The notes: generated by a model not told the origin, from the letters alone. A stretch of DNA of 64,000 nucleotides from the human T2T-CHM13v2.0 reference genome, Homo sapiens (GCF_009914755.1 NC_060931.1), one strand, 5' to 3'. Shown: positions 33,380 through 48,480, counted from the stretch's first letter. Numbers and translations: made by a program.

Positions 33380-35800
33380 CACACATTTATTGAGCTACTA
33401 CTCTATTTTTGGCATTTGAGTTATATTGACGAACAAACCAGACAAAGCTTTCTTCAACCATGATATTACTTTCTATCAGACAGTCTTATTATTGTTTATT
33501 AGCAGTAAACATAAGTATTTTATGTGGCATGTTAGAAGATGAAAATGCAGTGAGAAATTGAGCAGGATGCGGGGAAGGGATGGGTTGTATCTTAAATGGG
33601 GTGATCAGGGTGAACTTCACTGAGCAGGAAAGAGTTGAGGGATATCTGTAAGTTAGCAATGTGGCTGTTCAGGGAAGAAGATTGCAGGCAGAGTGATCAG
33701 CAAGTATAAGGGGGCTTCCTCCAGGAGAGACCCTGCCTTGTGTGTTTGAGTAGCCAAAAGGAGACCAGCGTGACTTTTGTGGAGTGATCAAAGCAGAGAA
33801 GAAATGCAGAACCTGGGTACCGTGGGGCCATGGGGCCATCCAGCCATTCTCAGGACTTTGGCAGGGAGTGAAATGGGCAGGGATTAGAGGGGTTTGAGCA
33901 GAGGAATGACGTGACCTTGTGTATGTTTTAGAAGATTCCTCTTGCTGCCGTGTTGAGAGGAGACTGTCGGGTGGCAAGGGTGGAAGCTGGTGTCTAGCTA
34001 GGAGGTGACAGATGATCCTGGTGCAAACCAGTGTGGTAGCAGGGAGAGTGCAGAGAGCTCAGAGCTGGATGAAGTAGGAAGATGGGGCCGATGGGATTTG
34101 CTGATGGATTGGATGAGTGTGAGAGGGAGAGAGGAGGTAAGAGTGATGCCCAGGTGACCAGAGCATTTAGAGGGCTGGTCTGGTTGCCATCACCTGAGGT
34201 GGGGAGATCAAAAGTTCTGTTTTGGGTGCATTAAATTTGAGATGCCAACTAGCCATGTGAGTGGAGGGGTCTAGTAGGCAGTTGGATGAGAATTCAGTAT
34301 AGGGGTTTGGGCTCAAAGTACAGGTCAGGAGGTTGTTGGTGAATAGGTGGATTTAGACCCTGCCCTCAAATGAGAGCCCTGGAGGAGGGAGTCTGTGTGT
34401 GGGGAGACCAAGGACTGGGACCTAGGGCACTTGACACAGGAGGGGGAGGGGCAGGAGGAGAACCCGTCAGGGAGGCCAAGGACTGGGACCCCGGCACTCG
34501 ACGTGGGAATGGGGGCAGGAGGAGAGCCTGGCAAAGGAGCCGAGAGGGAGGAAGGAGGATGACGGTCGATGGGGAAGGAAGCAGGTGGCCACGGGCTGGC
34601 AGGGCTGCTGCCAATGGGTCAGTGGGTGTGGCCTGCACTTGGGGCGGGGCTGGTGAGGAGGAGGCACAGGCCTGGCTGAGATGGGGCACGGACTTGAGGC
34701 CACTGTATTGACAGACTTTGACTGTGTTTTGCTAAAACAGAAGTTGGATGATAATTGATGGGAGCCAAGTGGGCTTGAGAGAAAGTTTTTTATTCTAAGT
34801 TTTTTATTCATTGCACTTACAGAAAAGAGCTAGTTAAGAAGGAAAAACATCATTGATGCAGATGAGAGGAAAAACTTGTCTTGTCCAGGACCACGTGCCA
34901 GAGGTGGGCTTGCTGAGGGGGAGGAGCAGGGAGTCCTCCACAGCTGGGGCAGATGGATGGGCAGGTGGAGGAGTCTTGTGTCAGTTCTTCCTTGGTGGCC
35001 TCAGTTTCCTCGGTGGGTAGCAGGGAGCTAGAGTGGGGAGGTAGGAGGGCGTGTTGAAGGTCTGAGGAGAGGCGCTTTGGAGCATCCGTTCGTGCTTTCG
35101 AAGAGTGGATGTGCGCAGGGATGGATGGGGCTGCTGAGCCCTTGAGGGGTGTGGATTTGAGGTGAGGGCAGTCAGCATGGTTGTGTGTCTCTGTCCAGCT
35201 GCGCTCATCTGCGCACACTAGGTGTGGAATAGGCAGGCAGTTGGGTTTATGAGGGTCATAGTTTTCACAAAGTAGTAAAGGGAAGGCAGTGCTGATAACG
35301 ATGGGCTGTGGATCATAAGGTAGATGCCAGGGAGGAGAAGACACCAGGGAGGAGGCTGAGATGGTGAAAAGGAGATCATTGGAGATCTTTGTAGAGTTGA
35401 ACGATTGTTTGAATCAGGATCCTAGAGGGAGTGAGATGGAAGGGTGGAATGGTCACCAGGACTGGAGGCAGAGGTGGCACGGATCTGAGGCAGGGCACGG
35501 CAAGGGCCGTCTTTGTGTTTATTCAGACTGGAGCTGAACTCCCTGAGAAATGAGAGGGCCAGTGTGGTGCTGGGGCATGTCAGCTGGTGGCATGAGATGA
35601 AAGCTGGGTCTGGAAGCAGCAGTTAGATCAAGAAGGAGCCCTTCTACCTCCAGACCTTTGGCAAGAAGCTGTGGGAGAACAGCTGCCACTCAGAGGGGCC
35701 ATTAGAGCGAGAAGGTGAAGGAACTCAAGGGTGTGGTGGATGCTGCTGATGGGTGGGGAATTTGGGATTCCTAAGGGTGTGGGAGAGAAGTTTCAGAAGT
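33380..35800 (-). mobile_element. L2 fragments (purine-rich on the + strand)
   Basis: acatttattgagctacta start; gatttgctgatggattggatg and aagttctgttttgggtgcattaaatttgagatgcc L2 motifs. Confidence 0.6.
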
Positions 35801-38190
35801 GGAGAGTAGCCTAAGGTAGTAGTTCAAGTGCAGGGGATTGGCCAGTGGCCTAGATCCTGGGACCCTCCCATACGTGGGTGAGAAGTATTATGAAGTTGTC
35901 CTGTGGCCATGGAGCAGGGGACTGTGATGGTGACGGGCTGGCCCAGAGTGTAAGGGAGGGGGGCGCCTCTTGACAGTGTCTGCGGGTCACCACCAGGCCA
36001 CTGGGCATGGCAGAGAAGCATAAGGTTTTAAAGTACAATTAACTCCTAACCCCTCCTGACCCCATCGCATGTCCCTGTGTTCCCCCAAAGTTTTTCCCAC
36101 CCTGGTTAGCATCGCTCATCCACACATCCTCTTAGGTGGCCCTGAGCGTCGCTGATTGGTGTGGTGCCTACGTCTCCTGCAGTAGCCGTTGAATGAATGG
36201 AGACATGAACACACGCATACTTGAATGGGGAAGGGTGGCTTTCTTTCAAGTAATCCTTTGCATCTTCCCCATAGTGGTTGTCCTGAACTTGGAACTGCTG
36301 TCAGTCTAATTTGTTGGAATAATTTTGCTTATGCTAGCATCTGTTATTCTTGTGCATTTCCTTGTAAAATGCCGTGGAAAGCTGGCAGCTGGTAATACGT
36401 ACAGATTTTCTTTAGCTTCACTAAAATAGTCTTAGAAATATAGGGTGGTAAAGCTGTCAGGAAGCCCCAAGATATCCTCTATGTATGAAAATGGTGTCCC
36501 CTGCAAAAGTCAACAGCCTGGCAAGTGTAGAATGCAGGCCTTGCACCCCAAAGCGCACGTGTGATTTAGCAACTACTCCAAGGTCAGCTTTCTGACAAAA
36601 GTTTTTAAACTCAGAACCAGCTAGCTTTTTCTCACCATGAAACTAGGAGCTTTAGTGCCGCATGTCCCTTATCTGTCATTTACCTTTGACCTTCAGAGGT
36701 ACACTGACACAGGAGAGAAGGACAAAGTGTTCTTGCTAGGTAGATAGGCAACACTTTCGAAGCAGTTGTTTATTCTCTAATAGATGAATGAGCTTAAATA
36801 GAAATGCACAGTTCCTCTTGAGAGAGACTGAATATCAAGATGTCTCCTGTAGGTAAAAGATACACAGATTAAACCTTTGATTCTCAGAGCCTTACACAGA
36901 TGAAAGGTGCTTTTTAAAAAAGCTAGCAATATATATACATCTTCTTCTGATGGCACAGACTTTCTGAGGATGAAGAGTGTTCCGTTATAATTTATTTAAA
37001 AACAATTTTGATGGAAATTTAACTTGTTTCCAGGTTTTTAGTATTATAATTATAATGAATTGAAAACAGTCCATTAAATACATGGGACAAGTTATAAATA
37101 TTAAACTTCAAATATTCAAGTTGAAGCTTCAGCTAGACTGGTCTCTAACATCACACCTGTTAAATTCTTCGCTGCAGTAGTCGGGCAGCCAGGGCCTGGC
37201 AGGGAGAGCCCGCAGACACATGCCTGGGTATTCCCACTGAGGTGGCATCTCTTGGGTGGGCCAGGTGTCTGCACTGTTCCCATGGGGACTGGACTGTCCG
37301 CACGCAGCAACCCTTTTTGTCAGCTGTTTTTCCTTTTCTGCTGTTTTTTTTTTTTTTTTAAATAGGGAAAAGGCTGGTACTTTGTGCAAATTACCAGCTC
37401 ATCAGAGGCTTCTGTGTAAGAAATCCATTTATTATAATCAGATTGCTTTCTAGAAATCCCACCTCACCTTCTTGCTCTCATTCTCCTGGTTAAAGAGGCT
37501 TAATGTTTTATCCTTTTATCGTGTTGGAATGTTTTGGTAGATATTGGCATTTAAATTCCAAGTTTCTAAGTGGTACCTATGATCGAGTTAGTGAAGATCT
37601 GGGTGTCTTATATTTGTTAACTTGATTATAAAAATCACGTCTTTACATTTAATATGTAGTGTTTTTCTTTGTCACCTTCATTATAATCTTCTGAGGTCAG
37701 AGATATTCTTGTTTTTTTCTTTCTCCACTTTCTCCAGTCTAGTGTTTCACTTTAGATATGGAATTGATGTAACATCAGCTGTGTAGAATTGAGGGGAGAG
37801 TTGGATTCTATTTTATATAAAGTCTTGCAAACTGACCCACTCTAATTTTGAAATTTGGACTCATTAGATTAGTCTGTCAAGGAAGGGATGAACTTCTGCC
37901 ATTTTTACATTTTATAAAAGTAAGTTTTGTTTCAGTCACACTTTGCATTTGATCAAGCAGTGACACAGGCCATGTATGCTATCACTTGAAATTGAAGTGT
38001 GGGAAGTGCGATGTCAATTATAAGGCTTAATGTATGGAATTCCTTGAGTAATCATAGTAAAAAAAAAGTTTATCATAGCACCCTGTTTTTATAGTGATTC
38101 TGATGGACTTTTAAGAGGTATCACCTGTATTTCACATTTAGCAGAAACTTCTTAAATTAAAAAATATGCTTCGTTGTCAATTCCACCTGA

Positions 38191-38602
38191 TGTGTACGAG
38201 TTTGCTGGGGCTGCTGTAACAAGCACCGCAAATAGGGTGAGTTAAACAACAGAAACTTATTTTCTCGCAGTTCCGGAGGCTGGAAGTCCAAGTTCGAGGT
38301 GTGGGCAGGGCAGCTTCCTTCTGAGGCCTCTCTCCTTGCCTTGTCGTTGGCCACCTTCTCCTTGTGTCCTCACGTGGTCCTCCCTCTGTGTGTACTGTCT
38401 ATGTCTAAATTTCCCTTTCTTAGAAGGACACCAGGGTTGGGTTAGGGCCTAGACCTCATTTGACCTCAATTACCTCTTTTAAAGACCTAATCAGTGGAAT
38501 CCAGTTACATTCTGAGGTACGGGGGGTTGGGGCTTCAACGTATACATTTGGGGTTGGGTGTGGGGGCGGGGGGAGGGAGTTGCAAACAGTTCAGCCCCAC
38601 AG
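38191..38602 (-). mobile_element. MLT1 (MaLR) solo LTR
   Basis: gctgctgtaacaa...aaacaacagaaacttattttctcgcagttccggaggctggaagtccaag...ggcttcaacgtata signature. Confidence 0.85.
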
Positions 38603-39411
38603 TACCTGACAATCTGAGAGCTTCCTAGGTGTATCTGCCAGCACATTTTGCTGTAAGACGTAGCTGCACTTAGATTGTGAGTTTCTTTGAAAATCAAGAT
38701 CAGTATAGTGCATAATGAGTTTCAAAGAGCTTAAACACATCTGATTTAGCCTCAAGGTGTGAAACTTACATCTAGCTTCTTCTCTATTATGAGATACCTT
38801 TTTAAAAATGATTTGATTCCTTGTTCTGGTGGATTGATGGAAATCCTGCTTGTTTATAAACTAAAGTAAACTAAAAGCCTTGGCATAGGGGATTGTTTAG
38901 TGGAAAATTTTTAACAGTTTGTGAGCATTTTCTCCAATTCCTGGGATGTGCTGTTTTCCTTTCTCTGCCTGCCTCACTTCCCTTCCTCCCTTCTCTCTTT
39001 CATGATTCATGAGGATTGAGATTTAAATGTGTATATGAGTGGCATAGGAAAATATAACTGGGATTTGATAACCTGGATTATCTGTATAGGGATAGGAGAA
39101 ACAAACTAGGTTTTTTATTTTAGAGGAATACTATCTTCTTTTGTTGCAAAATATTTTAATTCCAAATAATAGTCAACTATTGAGATTTAAACTTCTGCTT
39201 GCACTGCTGTGTACCGAAAAGGAAACTTCTGCTTTCCCCTTTTCTGTTATGGAATTGTTAAAAATACTAAATGCTTAGCTTAAGCGTAAGCACAATGTAT
39301 TATATGTCTGGTACGCATAGTATATATTTTATATTAAACTTCATATGTTGTCTTACAGGGGTTTGAGTGTTGAGTAAAGTGTGTCTCTAACACAAGGGGT
39401 TTTTCTTGCAG

Positions 39412-39470
39412 TGCCCTTGCTACCAGTTCCGAGCCAGCCGAGACCTGCCGTGGGACCCCAGAGATTCCCA
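39412..39470 (+). CDS. RBM33: RBM33 small coding exon (59 nt) VPLLPVPSQPRPAVGPQRFP
   Basis: ttttcttgcAG acceptor ending 39411; CCA|GTGAGT donor at 39471; phase 1 to 0 exactly bridges the flanking exons; absent from the ORF track. Confidence 0.9.
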
Positions 39471-39976
39471 GTGAGTAGCAGCTGCTCCTTCTCCTTTGAT
39501 AGGGATGAGCATACATTTACTAAGAAATATTAATATAGCAAGTGCAAGAGGTTCCAGCCAAATATAATTTTAAGGATTTGCAAATATTGACAATAATCTC
39601 TGCAATAGAAAATGTTTGTTAAAAGCTTAAGGTCAGTGGATTTTTGAGAGTAGAATTAATTTTGTTTAACTGTAAAATTGTTGAATCAGGATCATCAGTG
39701 GAATGCCGTTCGTCTTAAAGAATATGAATATTGATTTTATTATTGCCTTATGTTAGTGAGAAAGGGCCTTGCTTTATTAGAGAGGTGGGGGGTGTATGTG
39801 TGCATGCACGCACAGGCACGTGTGTTTGTGCATGTGTATTGTGTGTGAAATTCTAGGAAATGAAAATGAGAGATCTCTTGTATTTTAAAAGAACCTCTAG
39901 GGTCTTAATGAGCCACTCATTTTATATTTTAAAATGAAGGTTTTCACTTGAAAATACCTTTAAAAGAAAGCATATA

Positions 39977-40030
39977 TTCTCTCTCTCTCTCTCTCACACA
40001 CACACACTGTCATTCACTTATACACACACA
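39977..40030. repeat. Compound (CT)n(CA)n microsatellite
   Basis: Read directly. Confidence 0.9.
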
Positions 40031-43000
40031 GAAATGCACACTTTGCTGTATCTTCAGTAATTTTATCCATTCTTCTAACATGTTTTAGGTAGAAGAAAAA
40101 GCCCATTAACTAGTTATATTTGTTTAAATATATACACTTTATTTTATTTGAATTTTTGGTTCAGTGTGTAGTTTGTTCATGGTTTTACTAAACTAGAGAG
40201 TACATTTTTTTTTTTAAACAGTGTAGGGGAAAAAATGTACTGACCATAAAATTTTAATGTCATTTATATGTAAAACAGAGGTAGTCTTATTTAGGTTAAA
40301 TAGTCTGATTTTCAGGGAGTATCTAAATGGCTTATTTAACTGTTTATCTTTGGTACTTCAGTAGATAACATTTATATATGGCATTTAGCAGAAAGGTTAA
40401 ATGAAGGATGTGAATGTATAATCAGGTGATTATTCAAAAATAACATTATTGGATTTAAGGTTCAGAGTATTTTATAGAAATTTCTTTGACTTGTAGTTAT
40501 GAATTATGACATGGTTTCTAAAGCTGGTTCTTCCTGATTTCTTTATGTTTAGCTAATGTGTTTCTATAAGTTATTTACCAAGTTCTAAAAATTAGTTGTT
40601 TTTAAAACATTAGATGATATTTATTGGGTATCTATTTGAAGCAGTTGTCTAAAAAGTCAAGTTTTATTAGATCCATTACCCAAGGCTGACATGTATGATT
40701 TTAGTCATTGAATACATTTCTTCTGTGGAGTAGTTTATCTGCTAGTTATTATAAAGCACTGACAAATACTTTTTGCTTTTTCAGGACTGTGATTATATCT
40801 GTGTTAAAATCATTTTTGGATGTGTTTTCACATTTTGTACTACAAGGATAAAATTTGATGTGAAAAGCATTTGCAGTTAAGATATAAACCTAAAGCAATG
40901 TAATTTATATTTTTGTAAAAATGTTTACTAATATAAACTTAGAATAGTCAATTGCAATTTTTATTTCATTTTTCAGTTGTGCAAGTATAATTGTATCTGA
41001 TGCTAGGAATAAAACCTTAGAATACTTTGCCGCTATTAGAAGAGGATAATAAAAGAACATTTTTGTGAGAAATTGAACTTGCGTTTCAGTTATATAGTAC
41101 TCTAAGCATGGTAAATATGTTTCAAGGCAGTTTTGAACAGTTTCTGCGAGGTGTAATGTTCAATTTTTGTTTTTGAGATGGGAAGTATGTGTGGGTGATC
41201 AGAAATAGTTGGGCTAGAAATGAGCTGTGTATGTGCATATAGCTTAAGAAGTGTTCTCTTCAGCCCAGGTATTTACCACGATTTAACACGTATCTTCCTT
41301 TAAGTCCCAAGTGCTGATGTTACAGTGAACTTGGGGTATAGCGCGTGCAGTGCACTACTTATTTCTCAAATCATTTTCCCTTAGAGAAAATCATGAAATG
41401 TGTATTTTTTAAAATACAGTAGCGGTATTGTGTTTTTAAAAAGCCCACCAGTCTTGTTGGGAAGGAAAATAAACTCTAGGCTACCTCTCGTTGTTTTACT
41501 TGTAAGCCAGATCTTCGTTGAGTAAAGTTATTTTTTTCTTTTTTCTACTACTAGATTAAACTTGGTTCCTGTGAATGTAAATGTAATTTTGTGAACATTT
41601 AATGAGGATCTACTTTATGTCAAGTGCTCTGCATAGTGCTGTCTCTAAGCTATAAAATGAACCAAGCATCATTAAATGAAACCTAACTTATGTCCTTGAA
41701 GCTAATTTTCATTTGAGTAAAATTTAAGAATAGTGAAGACAACATTGTTGTGGCTTAGCAAAGCCGTCTGGAGATTTCTTATTGGTGGCTGGAGGTGCTG
41801 CAGGCTCTGTCTTGGTTCTTATGGATGGCCGTATGCCCCTCAGTTTCTATCCTGGTGGTTTTCTGTATTTGGGGTTCAATCAATATTTGTCAAACCTAAT
41901 TTTGCTTTAAAAACTGACTACACACACGCACACACAAAGTGATGGAACATTGAACTTCAAATGTAGCAGGTGGTCTGTTTGAGTCAGTGTGCTTCTTAGT
42001 ACGCAAAAATAGATTTGAATTCAGAAATCTGTGTGCCAGTTGTTATGAAATTTGCAATTGAGCAAATCAAGGTTCATTGTAATCTCTCCTTTCCCCAGCT
42101 TAAGTACCTTTAAAGGAATTCTCATTGCTCCTAGGATAGGTAACATTCTATCCAAAGCTGTGCTCGTAGTAGTGCATATGTAGCTTCCTCACATCAGTCA
42201 TAGTTGTGTGTTTACTCCTATTTGTGTGATATCTGGTGAATGTCTGTGGCTAAACACCCGTGCCAGAGTCCCGGTCATCCTGTGCTCGGTGGTGCACTTA
42301 GCCACAGGCCCTGTGCAGAGAGGCGGGAGGGAGCACATAGTTGTCAAATAGACATACCCAGAAACTTAATATAGAGTGACCTTACTGCTTATTAGGAGCC
42401 CTACATAGAATAAGTAATGTAAAGGGGGGGTGTGCTTTTTAATTTTTATATTTTTTACTTGTTGTATTCAAGAACGTATGTGAATTTGTATAGTAGAATT
42501 ATATCACATGCATTTAACTATACAAGAATGCAGCTTCATACCCAATTGACTAAAAGAGTTAAAAAAAAGGCAGACAATACGCAAAAGTACCACTAGATTT
42601 CCAAATTTTAAAGGCTGTATGATACATTTGCTATTTATGCTTAGTTTAGAACTAGTATGTCCAGAAATTTTGCTGAGTTATAATACCTCTAGTTTTTTTA
42701 ATTAAAAATTACAGAAATTGAGGCACCCAAATGTGAAATACCATTTTTCATAGTGTGTAAAATTATTTAAAATTATTCTTTAAAATTATTCTTAAAAATC
42801 CAAATCTGAGGCCAAAATTTGGTATTCTGGGCTTTGCTTGTAGTTAGACTAATATTTTTATTTCTTGTTAATTAGCATTATTTGGAGAATTTAAGAAATG
42901 ATTTTTAAAACAAATAACTGAATGTCAAAATAAGTGTCTTAAGAAAAGGATCCTTGTTTTTGATCATTTTGGAGAAAATTGCTTTTGCTCTTGGTTATGT

Positions 43001-45278
43001 TAGTCTTTGCACTAGGATGCATGTCCTTCCCTAGTCCCTCATTTAAGGAATTCTGTAAAGTGCTTTGTAATTTAGGCTTCCATTTAAAAATTAGATTTAT
43101 GTACTTAATTTTAGTTACAGATATGCACGTTAGTTCTGAACTCTGAAACTTTTTTTCTTCTGATTGTAAAACATATTTCCGTTACATAAGTTATGAATAC
43201 TTACATGGGCTGATGAGCACAGGAAGTAACATACCCTCAGAGCTTAACATGTCCTGTGTGACTGATGACCCTGTTACATTTGGGCACTTTGCTCTGTCCA
43301 GTCTTCTGGTCTGGCCTCTTAACCATCTACTAGTCCATTTAATGAACACATTTTTGTTCATGTCAGGAATGCTGAATGCTATTTCACGAAACACTGTGTT
43401 GTGTTTTGTTTTGTCTTTTAAATAAGGAAGTAGTGGTGTGGAAGGCTAGTTACCTTTCTGAAAGTAAGTTTCTACACTTTAAATTCTGTTTTCCATTTCA
43501 GATGTTCTCTGTTTTACAATTAAATTAATCTAATTGGTTTCTCTTTCTGCAAAGGCTATACCTGGTGTTTTTGTCACTAATATAAAGCTGTAAGTCCTTA
43601 TCTTATCCATAAAGTATATTTTCTAGTCATGTATTTGTCCTCAGAGAGTTTTTTGTTTTTAAAGTTTGCCCACTTAAAAAAAGTAACATAAAATGTCAAC
43701 TGTTGGAATATTTTAACATGTTGTTTTGAGACTTTTGTGAATCTAGTTTTTCTGTGCAATTGCTGTTTTTAAGCTTGTGAAAAAGTGCTGAGCTAAATTT
43801 TAAGCTTATGAAAAAATCATTTTAAAGATTCCTGACCTAGAGTATTTTAAAATAAGTTTAAAAATTTTAAAAACTATTCAGTCCTTTGATTTTACATTGG
43901 TGTTTCGGGCAAATAGTGATATTTCAGTTAGCCGTTAAATACCAGGTAGTTGGGCTGCTGAATAATTTCTTAGTGCCTTTTGTTTAAATTTAAAATAAAC
44001 TATACTTTTAAGTTTGAATGCATCTTCTTAACAATCGTGTTCTTACTTACTTAGACCTGGCAAACGAGGTTCGTATTTGTGTTTACTCTGTAGTTACAGA
44101 ACATCACACATCTTATAGTTTGGGCCACATTTGGGCACATGGTATCAGGTGGCAGTGAATGATGTTTCCTGGATGTGTCTTATAGGCCATTTCATGCAAA
44201 TCATGTTTGATGAGACTGCTGCATCAAATCACATTTCTTTCTATTACAGCCCTTGCAGATGAGAATCCAGACTTTATTCCATCCAGGAAAGAACGTCTTG
44301 CTTTTGAACACCTACTGTTTTTACAACATGCTTGCAATGCCTTATAATTACCAGCACTTAAGCTATGGAAGGAATGATGGGCATTTTCTCTGATCAGATC
44401 TATAAGTAGTAGCAGGCGAATATAGTAGGAGACCCTTCCAGCTGTCAAACATTGTCAGGCTTGCAAGGAGAGAATGCAGTTTAAAATGCACGTGACATAA
44501 TACCCAACATCCTCCACTTGCTAGTGGGTTTCTGATTAATCGTGATTACCATACATTATCATACCATCAAATTTAATCATATCAATGAATTCCCATCTGC
44601 GGCAGTAACGAGCAGCTAAACACTATGGTAACAGCTATTAAAGAAGGTGGTTTATCAAATTCAGTAACCCTTTAACTTGCTGCTTGGTCAGCATGCGTTG
44701 CATGTGTTGGATAGAGATAGGGCTGGGTTCAAGTCCATGCTAATTAGTCAAAGGCCAGGGGTACTCCTTGAAATCACATAAAATTGGTTTCTTGTTTCTT
44801 CTGTTGGAGCTGTTGAGCTACTTTGTAAAAACTGCTTTATAAAGTATGTGATAAACTATAGTTGTCCCTTGTACAACATGTGTATATGCGGGGGCCTGGA
44901 AGCAATCTCCTATGCATACCAAGGGAGGGCTGTTTTTCGTTTATTGGCTAAGTAAATCTGTTACATTGACTGGGACACCTTTTAAATTCTCTTCGGATAT
45001 AGAGTGCTATATATAGAGACTTAAACCTCAGTGTAGTTTGCCCATCTGCAACTGAATAATTTAGCCTGTGAAATGTTGGACACAGTTTAAAGTCTTGGAA
45101 CTCCTCTGTGCAGGGAAATCTTAGTTACCTGTTTTTAGTGATGTGTCCTACAAAACACACTGCTTTTTTTTTTCTTTTAATATTTAATTTCCCAGGAGTT
45201 GTTGAAGACCTGTGGTTCTGTTTAGGTGCATTTTTAAGGCACACTTGGAGAGAAGTCCTGTTTTATTATAAAGTATCA

Positions 45279-46150
<872 letters not shown>

Positions 46151-48049
46151 CAGACTGTATGCTTTTCAGTTGACGTAGCTGCTGATACTACTGCTTTCCT
46201 TTTTTAGTTGGTTCTTTCCTTTTTTAGTTGTTTTTTTTTTTTTTTTTTTTTGAATGAGGAAGTACGGTATTCATAGAGCATATATGGTTGAAAATCAGTA
46301 ATGAATAAAAAAAAATTGAGTGATCACTATATTCCACAGTGTGTTCAGCCTGTGGAGCAAAAGTAAAAAATTATTATTTTTTGTTTTAGAGATTGGCAAG
46401 CTGACTTTTGGAAAGATCAAATTGCTTAAGTTCACACAACTGGGCGCAGGAGGGAGGACTGGAGGCCAGTTCTCTTAGTTTTTATGCTGTGCTTTCTCCT
46501 TAAATATGAAATTGAACTTCCATAAACTGAGAAAAAAACATAGAATCTGGTAAGTTGAATTGTAACTACATAAAATTGTGACCCTCATTAAGTACTAAAG
46601 TGAGGAAGTTTGCTATAGCAGGGCCAGTCATTAGGAGGAGTTGTTTCAGGAGGGGCCATGGCAGGGGTGAGGGTGCAGAAATAAAGAGTTTTTCATTTCA
46701 GGAAATAATGTAAGTAGTCTTTAGGAGGTTCATCAAAACACCATTTTGTACCAAAGAAAAGTTTTGTAGTTTGTAGTGGGTGCTCTTGTTTCACTGCTTG
46801 AACCATTAACATTATCCTAATGTATTTAAATTCATGTGGTGTTTTTTTACCCCTGCATGAAACCTAGTACTTGGCACTAGGTGTATCCTTCTTCAAAATG
46901 TTTAGAATGCATCTATAAATATCAAAGTACCCTCTAGGAAGGTGAATATAGGTATTTAAACAAGGCATAACCTGAAAGAAAAAGAAATCTATGGAGAATA
47001 CTGAAATAAGAGGATTAACATATTGTGATAGAGGGCTGTAATTTTAATTACGTCAGGGGTCACTAGTGACCTTTATTCTTTGCATTCAACCCATTTAATC
47101 AGAATTAACTGAGAGGTGTTCTTAAGTGTCAATTGGTTTCTTATATCGTTCTTTGTATTTCAAGTGGGATTAATAAAGGAAAACATCTTGTAGAGATTGG
47201 TTGTAATGTATTGAAAGATTCATGAAGTTTCAATGACATTGTTAAGGTATTTAATTAGTCTTATTAAAATATACGGACTGACCCTTTTAGGGAAGCTGAT
47301 AAGTCACATAATAGCTGTTAGTGCCTTTTTATTCTTGGCTTTATACGATTAACTTTGTGCTAAGCAATTTATGCAAAGTTTTTCATCGTTTTTTTTTTTG
47401 TAACCTGAGTTATCAGTTCTTCTTGAATAGGATTAATATAGATAAAAATCATGTAATTAACAAGAGATGCAGAAAAGTGAAAGTATAATTTGTATGAGAA
47501 TTATATGAGAGAATAATAATTTCTTACCTTGGATTTTTAAAAGAATATAAAGAAAAGCAAAACAGAGCACTTATTTGAGAGGATTAAAGTCATCTTTTCT
47601 TTCAAAAGGTAGAATTACGTTAGTACTAAAAGTTCTGTTAAGTGAGGTATTCACAACTCATAACAGTTTTAAAATCTATATTTGCTAGAGGGAATTGGTA
47701 ATGTAGTACCCTTATTCCCATGAAATGATAGAAGTTAATAAAGAAATGATCACATCAGTAGAACTTCTTATGAATGTCAGATTTTGGAACCATGATTTAT
47801 ATGGCATTTCTTGGAGATAGATTTGTCTTGCAGAAGCAATGCACTATGATGGATAAAGCACTTAATAAACCAAGAGTGTGAGAATGTGGGTTCTTGTCAT
47901 CTTAGTTGTCATTCATTGGTGATGTAACTTTAGTTAATTCACTTTTAACTCTGTAAAACCTGAGTTTCTTTGTCTCATAGAGGAAAAGTGACTTGTGTGC
48001 CAGTTTATTGGAGCAGTATTTCTGTCAGCTACAATAGAATATCAGCTGT

Positions 48050-48480
48050 GACATTTGGCTGAGTCAGGCTGTGAACCAGGCTGCGTTTAACAGAAAACTT
48101 AGTTAACAGTGACTGTTGTATTTTTTGCATAAAAATGAAAAAGCTTCTTTTTAGTGTGTATCAGCTCTGATAGGGACTCCTATGTTTTTCCATCTACCCA
48201 TCACCTAATGCATTTGTCTGTATTCCAGGCCGAAAGGAGGAGGGGCAAGGGCAGAAGGTGCAGGCCAGCTGAGGTATCCCCCAGGGAGCTCCCCCCACCC
48301 ATCCCCCAGCTGACAACTGCTCCTGTTGGCCAGAGTCTAGCCAAATGTCACCCTCCTTATAAGTTGGAATATGTAGTTTTTAGCTGGGCGGTGTTGTCCT
48401 GAATAAAATTAGGGCTCTGTTACTAAGGAATAAGTGAGAATTTGTGCTAGGTAAGCAGTTAGCAGTCTTTCCCATGTGGC
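48050..48480 (-). mobile_element. Old MLT1-like LTR fragment
   Basis: gctgcgtttaacagaaaac...ctcctgttggccagagt...tgtagtttttagctggg pattern. Confidence 0.45.

Noticed and set aside
34325-35344. Cluster of 100-164 aa ORFs on both strands
   Set aside because: They lie in G-rich, stop-poor decayed L2-like sequence, with no splice or codon evidence.
44720-44740. tRNA/Pol III B-box-like gggttcaagtcc
   Set aside because: There is no cloverleaf or properly spaced A-box; at most a chance match or an ancient SINE scrap.
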